From positions 95,914,001-95,978,000 of the forward strand of contig NC_043000.1 in the NCBI RefSeq assembly GCF_006345805.1: a DNA stretch of 64,000 bases, given 5' to 3'. Positions 53,123 through 64,000 of the stretch are shown here, one piece after another. Position numbers and translations under genes: made by a program. Source of the stretch: Octopus sinensis. Lineage: Eukaryota. The notes below the pieces were generated by a model. The model was not told the origin of the DNA. It saw nothing but the letters and a program-made list of their open reading frames with translations, and made no database searches. Each line of letters begins with the position of its first letter. Position 1 is the first letter of the stretch.

Positions 53123-54649
53123 TATATATATTATAACTTAGGGAGGATTATTAAACTGAACAGATAAAGTAAATTAGTTGGGTGCAGCAGAAAAGAACAA
53201 AATGGATGTACTACCAAATCATCAACTTTGAAATTAATTAAAATAATGTTATTTTAGTGAGAAGAAATAGGGCTTGTTAAGATATTTAAAAAATGAGAAT
53301 AAAATAAACAGATTTATTGATGAATTGAATTGAAAGAAGGGGTAATGGTAGCTTATGTTGAGATGCAAAATAGTACATGTATTTGTGTGTGCATGTGTGT
53401 GTATATATACATATACTTACACATATATATACATACATATGTATGTATATATATGTACATATGTATATACTTTGATACTTTGATAGGTTTCGGCCATTAT
53501 TGGCCCAGGCCATGTCTAACTTAATAGCACCACCTGATATATATATAAAAAACATATATACACATATGTATATATATATATACATATATATATTTATATA
53601 TAAACATATATACACATATGAATATATATATATACATCTATACATATATGTATATATATATGTATACATATATACACATATGTGTATATATATATATATA
53701 CATATATATATATACACATATGTATACATATATATATATTATCAGTGGAAAAACTTGGAAAAGCACATTTCAATGCAAATCAAAACAGGTATCACTTGAC
53801 TGTATTTGATTATCCAAGGCAATATTCTTTCATATTTAAAATGCAGCTAACACAAGAGTAAATTTTTTTAGTAAGGGATTTTAAAAGTATGTTTTTAAAA
53901 AATTGAAAATCAGAGGAAGGATTAAATGATAGCAAGAGAATATGTAGAATTAAGGGTGTATACAATGTAATAAATTAAAAGCTACCTCACTAGCAAAAAA
54001 AAAAATAAATAAAATAAAAAAAAATTGATAAATAAATAAGAAATAAAACCCACTGATGACAATGTTTGGTGGCTATTCCATCTCCACACACAACAGAACA
54101 AAGGACATGCTTACATTGAAAATTCAGAAAAGAAAAGGAAAAAAAAAAGTTTCAATGGTATGCTTCCTTAAGAGCTGTAGGTGTTGATCTCTTTCCTCCA
54201 ATGCTGGCACAAACCTTTAGCTCAATACACAACAGTAATATTTCAGTGGCCACTGAAAGGATGGTGATTGGCAGGAGTCCTTCCCAGTGGCCTTTTTAAG
54301 AGCTCCAGCAACAGTGGAGACATCCAACCATTCACTGTCACACACAACATCGTACAACTAATAACAGATTTATTCCACTTAGTGACTTAGCGTACACATG
54401 CAGTATGACAGTCGTTTGAGAAGTAATCTAAAATTCACTTGAGTACAATGACAGTGATCGTTCAATCAATTTTTACACAATCAATGTTTGATGAAGTCAA
54501 ACTCATTCAAGCATGCAACTATAAAATATACACTTAGTCTCATCTCCCAGTCCATTGTTGCTGAGCCCAGCATGAAGGTCCTTATCTATTCCCTAGGCAA
54601 GGGGAAAAATACAAGGAGGCATGATTTTTTAAAGTTTAATCATTAACTA

Positions 54650-54780
54650 TCAGTGTAGGTAGTCCTGAATGCCAGCAAATGCACAAGAACCTACACCAGC
54701 TTTTGACATTAGCTTCATGCATTCTGTGGCTTGACCAATAGCCACTTCAAGTGGGGGTTGTCTTGGAAGTCCATATGATT
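54650..54780 (-). CDS. RANBP9: Ran-binding protein 9/10 (CTLH complex), last coding exon
   Basis: [43 protein letters not shown] resembles human [43 protein letters not shown] (from memory); phase 1 acceptor. Confidence 0.93.
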
Positions 54781-56092
54781 CTAAAAAGAGAAGAAAAAAT
54801 AATTCAAGATTAGAGACAGTAATAATAACAGACAGTGAGTGGTTATTTTTTTTAGGACTAAATATAGGGTGTAAAGGAGCATGACCTAATGGATAGGGTG
54901 TTGCACTCATGATTGTAAGACCATTATTTTGAATCCTGGACTGGGTGGTGCATTGTGTTTTTGAGCAAAATGTTTCACTTCACATTGCTTTAGTTTACTC
55001 CATTGTAAATGAGTTACAGTTATTGGTAGGAAGTTAACCTTATGACAGGCCAGTGTCCCATTTAAGGGTGACTGTTGTAATCTCATTTACAGGCCATGGA
55101 AACTAAGCTCCAGTCCTAGGTCTCACAAGAGATCTGATTCTAAGCCTAAGGTGCAGCAGAAAAATACTCTCATATGTTTTTCTGTCACATCCAGCCATTA
55201 GTGAAGTTAAGGCAGGTGGTAATGGCATCTTCTTGTAGCTGTCTGTTTTCTGTTGAAATATTTATCAAGAATAATGAATCTAGGAGGTTTTTTTGCTGCA
55301 CTCTGAGTAACACAATTTCAAGCTTTGCCAGTGGCACAATATGTGCTTAATTCAACTAGCCTCAGTCAGTTGAAAAGAGTTACCTAAATAATTACTTGGT
55401 TACAGTATTTGTAATTCTAAGTACATATGACTTCAAAACAAGGTATGCCATTTGTCTTGACACAATTTCGTGCTTGTGTACATAAAGGATAATTTGAAAA
55501 AGCTTTCTCTGCCATTTAGCTGAACATTACCATTAATTTGTTTTATGTCTGTTTACAGGTACAACCACAGCTGTGAGGTCAAGAAGCTTGCTTCCCAAGC
55601 ACATGGTTTCAGGTTCAGTTTCATTGCATAACACTGAGTAAGCATCTATTATAGCTTCAAAATGACCAAAACATTGTGAATGAATTTGGTAGATAGAAAC
55701 TGAAAAAGCCTGCCATGTCTTCATTTGTACACATTTTTGTCTTCAATTATAATTTTTTAAAAATTGAAAAAAAAAAAAAAAATCTGAAGTTGGCATATTT
55801 TGTGAATAAAAGAAAAGTTTTGATTTCTTTCTATCATTTTGGATTTAACAATATATACTGTATGGTTCTTAATTACTTTTTGTTAATGAAGAAAGTCTAA
55901 TTTAGAAGACTGTGTTTGGTTCTGGTATCTGGTCATCATTAGCCCAGAAATAACTGTGTGATACTTCTATTGTTATTTGAACTTAAAAATAATAATGCTT
56001 ATAAAAACAGTATAATAAATTTCTTTTTTTACTGGTTATTCTGTTTGTATAAAATGATGCAATGACAGCAACAACAATAAAAAATAAATTAC

Positions 56093-56204
56093 CTAAGATA
56101 GCACTATTAAGTGCTGCACATACAGGTTCCCTTTGTACTGGATTTAGTTGATAGCCAACAGGACTGTTCCAAGGATCTGCATAAGCTAACAGACTGAAGG
56201 CGTT
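56093..56204 (-). CDS. RANBP9: RANBP9/10 penultimate coding exon (CRA domain)
   Basis: [37 protein letters not shown] resembles human [37 protein letters not shown] (from memory); 112 nt, phase 0-1, AG acceptor and GTAATT donor. Confidence 0.93.
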
Positions 56205-57159
56205 CTTTAAAAAGAAACAAAAGCAAGGATGTATATGAGCAAACAGAATAACTTGAAATGTTAATAAAACTTGAAGGGAAAGTATCTATTTTATAATCTA
56301 CTTTCTTTAGAAAACACACAAATACACATACATCGAGTAAATTTTTCAAAAGCAAATAAGTCAACAGAAATTAACACATGTCTAGAATAATTCTAATCCA
56401 CAGAAGTGGGGATTAGAAAGTCTTTACAGACTATGTTTCTTTTTCAAACCTTGCCAGTTGATTGACTTAAACAGATGGTAGTAACATTTAAAGAGGTGGT
56501 GGTGGTACTGGCTGAGAAAACTCATTAACACTATCTGTACCAAAGACAAATATTAATGTCTTATCTATAACTATGAAATCTCAGTGGTGCATATATCCGT
56601 TGCTCAAAGACAGCCATAAAATCTCATAGATGCTTATATGCATCTGTGATACAGACAGTGTTAAAGAATATTAATGCTACACTAAAGTTTATTTAACAAA
56701 AGATAATTTCACAAAAAAAAAAAAAAAGGTAGAGATATATTTTAGATACATAACGTTTCATAGAGTGCACATAATTAAAGTGCATTGTGGAAGAGCCATT
56801 CTGGCCATTGAGTAGCACACAAAGCTAATAAAATTCACTTTAAATTTCATGAGGTGTCAAAATTTTCATCATACAACTGCAGCCTGGTCAGTGGCAAAGT
56901 TTAACTGCAACTCATGAAATAAATTAAAACCGTTTGTTATCAATACTTCTGTTGAAATACACTATCTTTGTTTCAAAAATAACGAAGAATTTAGTAAAAT
57001 AATTTTGTCATTAAGTTGGCGCCTGGAACAAATTAATGCAAAAAATTTTGATGGAAGATTTTCATTTAAGATCACTTTAAAACAAGAGCCAGGTGTGGTC
57101 TCAGACAAGCAGGTATCAAAATGGTTGAAGTGAATTTAACATTACTTGTTAAGCTTCAA

Positions 57160-57900
57160 GCATATAGTTTCCATCCGGATATTGTATGATGGGTTGGTGC
57201 CTTCCTCTCAGATCGCTCCTTCCAAGTCCAAGTTAATGGTTCGCGGTCATCTGCCTGTTGGCTCTCCTCCTGCAACTCAACTTGATTTCGAGCCGGGTCG
57301 TCTGCTGCTGGAGAGGACCGATCAGGTAAAGGACCTGGGTATCTTGGTGGATTCCTCCTTTTCGCCTTCGGCCCAGTGCGTCCATGCTGCCAACAAAGCA
57401 TGCGGAATTCTGTTCTTGATTCGACGGTCATTCGGAATGCTCACAGCAGCCATATTCCTACCACTCTATGTCTCGCTGGTGAGACCCATATTGGAGTACG
57501 GGATTCAAGCCTCTTCACCTTATCTCCTCAAAGACATACAGCATCTCGAAAGAGTCCAGAAGCTGGCTACCCGCATGGTTCATGGTCTCAAAAATTTGTC
57601 TTATGAAGAAAGGCTGAGGACGCTCGACCTATATTCTCTAGAAAAACGCCGCCGCCGTGGTGATCTCATTCTCGCTCACAACATCATAAGCGGAAAGTGT
57701 AACCTCTCGAAAGAGCTGTTCTTCACTCCTGCTCCAGAGCGTCGGCTGCGGGGTCATTCCAAAAAGCTCTACCTGTGACGATTTCATCTCAATCGAAGGA
57801 GAGGAGCTTTCTCTGTCCGGGTTGCGGATCTGTGGAACAAGCTGCCAGACGAGATGGTGAAGATGCCGACGACCGCTTTGTTCAAAGTCTCTCCTTGCTA
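57160..57900 (+). mobile_element. CR1-clade LINE 3' fragment in a RANBP9 intron
   Basis: VKDLGILVDSSF, LYVSLVRPILEY, LERVQKLATRM, LSYEERL..LYSLEKRRRRGDLI, LRGHSKKL, FSVRVADLWNKLP. Confidence 0.9.
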
Positions 57901-60900
57901 TTGGAAAAAGACTCAAGCAAGGAGAGTAGGATGTAATAAAAAATCTGGCCCACAATTCTACTAAACACGTAATTGAAGATTTTGGCAAAGATGCTTACCA
58001 ACAGGTTGGCTATTATAATCAATGATACAATTGAAGACACATGAACTTGTGCAAACCCACCCCTAAAATTATCTCTACAACCACTTCCATTTCATTTTTC
58101 TTCTAATGTGTGCATTGTCCACTGGTTCAGGTCACAACCAAAAGATATGTTCTTCTTTATTGTTTTTCTTGTTACAGTTGTTATTGTCAGTTTTTGTCGT
58201 TGTTGCTATCCTTGTTCTTTCTGTTCTTTTGCAGCAAATGATTGTTTAATTTTTCTCTGCAGGATGTGGTGCATCAATATAGTAGTCACAGCAGCTTTAG
58301 CTGTTATATTAATAATTTCTGTTGCTATGGCTGCAACACCTTTGCCAGTTCTAAGAGAGATAAACTGGTGATATTCTGAACACTGACCTTCTCTTTCTTT
58401 CACTGAAATGTGCTCTCTTTCGTCTTCTTTCTATCTCACCCCCCCCCCCTCTCCCACTAACATCTCTGTTTGGCTGGCATTCATCTGGTATAATATGGAG
58501 TACAAAAAAATTCCAATGACTAAAACTGCACTGATATGCAGTGGGTTAGCTTTTGCACAAAATTATCAACAGAAATAATAATAATATTAATTTATAAAAG
58601 AGAAGGAAAAAAAAACTCTAAAGCAGAAAATGAAAATTAAAAAAAAAACAAAAACTCATGGATCATAAATACAACAGAACTTCCTCATCAAATACTTCTA
58701 CTAATAATTATAGTTTCAAATGTTGACCCAAGGTCAGCAATTTTAGCTGGAAAGGGTTGGTTGATTACAGTGACCTCAGTGTTTGATTGGTACTTTATTT
58801 TATTGACCTCAACAGGATGAAAGGCAAAATTGACCTTTGTGGAATCTGAACTCAAGAATGAAAAGAGCTGAAAGAAATGTTAAACATTTTGTCCAACACG
58901 TTAATGATTCTGCCAGTTTACAACTCTGATAATAATAATTGTTTATAATCTAGGCATAAGACCAGTAGAGTGGAGGAAGAGAGGAGTCAATAAGATTGGT
59001 GAAAGTATTTGACTAATACTTTATCTCATTGACATTGAGGGGGATGGAAAGCAAAGTTGACCTCAGTGGGGACTGAACTCAATACATAAAAACCCAGAAG
59101 AAATTCTACAAGGCATTTTGTCAGACACTCTTATAAGATTCTGCCAGCTTGTTGCTCTAACAACAATGATAATTGCAGCTAATTAAATTTCTCATTTAAG
59201 AAAACATCAAATCATTGAACAACAGATAATGTATTGGTTATAAGTTCCTAGCAACCACACCTGAAAAATTCACAAATACAGGTGAATCTCGATTATATTT
59301 TCAATGAGCAAATCAGTAATACCATTTAAATGCTAGACTCAATATTAACCCTTTGGAGATGGAGCCTCATTTGGAATTTCAGTGCCAAGAAGATGGACCC
59401 CTTTTCACAAACCCTACAGAGGGCATGCACTTATTTAGAAAAAAAATAAAGTAATTACTTTACATATATAAAACTATATATACTCTTGAAGGAAACTGAA
59501 TGAACTAATATAATCTTCTTTGTCATTTGACTTTTCGACCAATAGATTGGCCCTGTCATCTTTAAGGGTTAAAATGGTCCAGTTCTGTGCTAGTTTTATA
59601 GCTGAAATTTGACTTGATCCAAGCATCTGGAACTCATGAATGTGAAAGAAAAGGAGATGGGTGTAAGAATGGTAGAAATAGTAGAGCATTCCTTTAATTT
59701 TTTAGTGGTTTCAGTCAGTAGGACTTGGCCATGCTCAAGTATCACCGCCTTCAAAGGCTTTTTTTCCTTTCTTTTTAGTCAATCCTGTTGCACCCCAGTA
59801 CTTATTCTAGGGAAGTTATATTTTATTGGTTGGCTAAGTTAATTGTCTGCCAATACACCTTTCTTTCTTTTAACTGACAGTGTTGTGTCAAACACATAAA
59901 CACACATTTGTATATACAACAGGCTTCCTCACAGTTTCCATCTACTAAATTCCACCAAGTTTTATCTCCCCACATTCTTTAGAATTCAAATCTCAACAAA
60001 ATATTTTTGCTTTTTGTTCCTCTACAGTTATATATTGGTGGATGATTTGGCTGATTCTCCTCCCCCAACTCCTCTATTAATTAGCAAGGACTCATCAATA
60101 TGAGGAATAAAATACTATATTAAAGGTGCAGGTGTGGCTGCATGGTTAAGAAGCTTGCTTCCCAGCCATGTGGCTTTGAGTTCAGTCCCACTGCATGGCA
60201 CCTTGTGCAAGTGTCTGGAGCCTGGTAAGTGGATGTCGTAGAGTATATGTTTGTGTGTACCCTTGTCCAGACATCATGCAACAGTTGCAAATGAGCATTA
60301 TCATCATCACACAAGTGAAGTTGCTCATTTCTAATCTACCATGAAAAATATGTTTGGACAAGGGGAAATCAGCCTCAAAAATTCTGACTGACCCATGCAA
60401 GCATGGGAAAGTAGACGTTAAATGGTGATAATGGTGATAAAATTAAAAGTCTTTTAAAGACCATCCTATTAAGTTAATGTTACCAATTATAGGCTGGTAT
60501 TTGCAAGGAAATCTCCCAAGACATGATTGACCTATAATGAAAATTTTAAAAACAAATAAGCAAACTAACTTTTTGTATTCCAACATTGTAGTACATTTAA
60601 TTTAGTTTTAGCCTAATGTGATTATTTAATTTATGTGTTACATTAAGATGTTATCAAACAAACCAGATTGTTTTACAATTTCCAATGAAAGCAGAAAATT
60701 GTGCTCCACCCTAATTCCTGCTAAAAATAGGTCAAAATGCTGACTAACAACACAAGCAGCAAATACAGGATGAATGTTAACAATTTAGAAATTATGTGAT
60801 TCAACAAAATAGAATAAAAAATAAAAAATAATTTGTTCAATTAAAAACGCTTTCATAAAATCAAAATGATTTTAGTTACAAAGATGCTTTGTAATTTCGG

Positions 60901-61355
60901 TGTTTTTATGACCAATGAGAGGGGAGAGGAAGGGGAAAACAAAGACAATGGAGAGAGGCAGGGAGGTTGGGGTGGGTAGGGGCAACGAAAAGATGAAAAT
61001 ATGGATTGTTTTTTTTTTTTCTCCTAAAATTCAACTCTAGTAACTTGCAGGTAAGCACCACAAATAATGAAGAAGGAAAATATGTGGCTGGGAAAATATG
61101 AGGGCTGAAACAAAAACCTGAAGATAATCAATGTGAAGAACTAAGTCGATGCAACTAACCAGCAGCATGAGAACATAAAAATATTTTTTAAAAAAGTCTT
61201 TTATATATATATATATATAAAAGAGATAATGGTGTCATTGAAACCCAAAGGTGTCAGGTAATGCTGAATAAGTGCTATAGACAGACCATAGTTAAGTTTC
61301 AGATTCGGTAATATTGCAAATAAAGGGTTCAACGTTGGTTCTATGTCAGCGTGTG

Positions 61356-61509
61356 TATATAAGAATTTTTTGCGTAATAAGATAAAAATCAAGGCTGTAT
61401 AGATATTAGAGCATTTATAGATAGAAGGTCTCAGACCTTCTATCTATAAATGCTCTAATATCTATACAGCCTTGGATTTTTATCTTATTACGCAAATAAT
61501 TCTTATATA
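61356..61509. repeat. Near-perfect 154-bp palindrome with a 1-nt spacer
   Basis: Centre GAAGGTCT-C-AGACCTTC; arms ~76 bp with about 2 differences. Confidence 0.9.
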
Positions 61510-64000
61510 TATAAACACACACACACATATACAGCATCATTCTACAGAAAATTAAAATCCTTTTGTTGCCATTCTTATATTGAAAGACAATGTTTTTGTT
61601 TCAATTAATATTGAAGATAACAAAGAATTTAGTAAAATAACTTAGTCATTTTTAAGCTGGTGTTTGGGACAAATAAACATAAAATTTTGATGTAAGGTTT
61701 TAATTTAGATTACTTCAAAACATGAAGTGTGTATCAGAGAATCGGTCAAACTCAGACAAAGTGATGGATATTAGTTCGAGAATTTGAGAACTGCTACACC
61801 CATTTTGTTGTAGCCAAAGGTTGTAGCATTTTATTCTGCTTAGCTAACAATAGATTCCATTCCTACTGTGTGGTTAGCATTGGGAAAAGAAGCCAGCTAT
61901 GAAAAAAAAAAAAATCACTTCCTCAAATATTTATATTTTCAAAATCTATTCCACCAATCGTGGAATGCGAAAAATCAATGGAGAACAGAAACAAGAGAAA
62001 GAGGGGGGAAAAGACATCTAATGATTTGCAAACTATATCAAATGATGAACAAACATTGATAAATACCATTTGATGCATTTGTTGTAACATATTGCATTAG
62101 AATCTTCAATATTTGATTTGATAACTATCTCGCATGTTTAATATGTGCAAATAATAAATTTAAGCTTGCTCCACAGATAACCAAAAGGAGCTGTTCTACA
62201 CAAAATAAAACATTCTGTTAAACCCACTAAAACTAAATCAAGTTGCTTTATGAGATAACCAAATAACCAAATCAAGTTTTAATAAACTAGCAAAACATCA
62301 TTCCAAATATGGAAACAACTAATGAATAATTTCCTTTCAAACAAATTTTAGTTTCATTTTTGTAGTTGGTTTGCAAGATCCTTTATGTGAATTCGTATAT
62401 TGAAGCATATTTTATTGTGTCTGGGGAGAGTCATTCTCTTTTAGTGCCTTATTAATTTAACACACTCACTGATTTCCACTCATTTACCTACTTATTTTTA
62501 CTAAAATTCACATTGTCTTGCAACCTTTTTAATAGTCATTGACTCCCTCTGTTATCAAAACTGTGTTTTTTTGTTTGTTTGTTTGTTTGTGTGCATACAC
62601 GTATGTTTTTATGTGTGTGTACCTCAGTCTCCTTGTGTGTGCATGTTTGAGTGTCTGTGTATGGGTTTGTGTGACTATGTATGGATGTGTGTGTCAATAT
62701 GCATCCTTGTGTGAAGTGTGCATGTGTATATATGGTCACAGTCTTTGTCTGAATATATGTATGCATGTATACATATGTATAAACATATGTATGTATATAT
62801 GTAGAGAGAGATATATGTGTATAGAAGTATATATATAGAGATTTATATGTATATATGTACATATAGATTTATATGTATATATATATATATTTATATATGT
62901 ATAGATATATATGCATATGTCTCTGTGTGTGTATATATATATATACACTTTCTTGGAAAAGAATGCGTGGGATTTGATCATATAATATATAAATATATGT
63001 ATATATACATACATATATGTACATACCTACATATATATATATACATGCATACAGGACATGAAAAAAATCTTGAACATAATGAGAAATGAAAGCATAAAAA
63101 CAAAAACATAGAAACAATCTTTTTTTCAAACAACAAAAAAAACAAACAGAGAAACGAGACATACAGCAAAAAGAATATTCTCCTTCTTCAGTTGTTCCTG
63201 TTTCAGCTACTCCACGTTTTGAAGGCAAGGACAAGACGTGACTTCGTTGAAACAGTCCTTCCCGCAAAGCAAATTAAATAAAATTTGGGATTTTTTGCGG
63301 AGGGTGAAAGTTGTAACAAGAACAGGACAGTGAGAACAAAACAGTAAAAACAAACAGTGAGGGCTCAAATTGAGTCAGGCTTTGATGCTTCAATGACTAG
63401 GAAGTAGGTTATAGCATTATTATTTTAATGTCCAATCTATGCTAAGCATAGCCTAGATGTGGTTTATTGAGGTCGATGTTCCACAACTAGATGCCTTTCC
63501 AGTTGCCAACCCTCACCTGTTTCCTAGTGAGGTAATATTTCCCTGTGGCCAAACGTGATTTTGCAGAATATTGGAAATGAATGACACTGCTTGTATGACA
63601 GTAAAACTTGTTTACAACCAGTATGGAATGTGAAGACAAAGAAACACAAACATACACTCATATTCACAGATATCATCATCATCTTTTAATGTTTGTTCTC
63701 CATGCTGACTTAGGTTGGCCAATGTGACAGGAGTTGGCTGGCTGAAGAGCTACTTGGGCTCTATTTGTCTGTTTTGGCATGGTTTCTATATCTGAATGTC
63801 CCTCTTAATGCCAACCACTTTATAGAGTGAACTGGGTAGATTTACATGGCACCAGCATTGGTGCTTTTATGTAGCACTGGCACAAGTACTTTTGTGTGGC
63901 TTCAGCCCCCACAGGCCCACAAGACTACGATCTCTTGGCTGAGACAGGAATGTAGGGGACATATCTGTATGCATGGACAACCACAATTTTACTTAGCTCA

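Noticed and set aside
62869-63267. 132-aa minus ORF or alternative RANBP9 terminal exon
   Set aside because: Mostly low-complexity sequence, with no RANBP9 similarity and a weak acceptor.

Overview
AT-rich, microsatellite- and retroelement-dense animal genomic DNA. The SINE/RTE repeat complement suggests an octopod cephalopod (inference). Two host genes converge. On the + strand are the last five recognisable coding exons of a NEK11-type NIMA kinase (9991-34004, phase-compatible GT-AG exons). On the - strand are the last two coding exons of RANBP9/10 (56204-54650), followed by a probable ~5.4 kb TE-poor 3'UTR. The rest is CR1, RTE and Penelope-like (PLE) retroelement fragments, tRNA-derived SINEs, a mariner relic, hAT- and TTAA-type MITEs, a tandem Helitron-like pair, and an ~85-bp tandem array. 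The most notable unannotated signal is about 16 near-complete and 3 truncated type I hammerhead ribozyme (HHR) motifs tied to PLE termini. Several have family-wide non-canonical cores (A3:U8, U3:A8, U6, C4). Several sit in fold-back palindromes with one ribozyme on each strand. All coordinates were counted by hand (repeat boundaries approximate). Protein names rest on remembered family sequences, not on a database search, and no ribozyme activity has been demonstrated.
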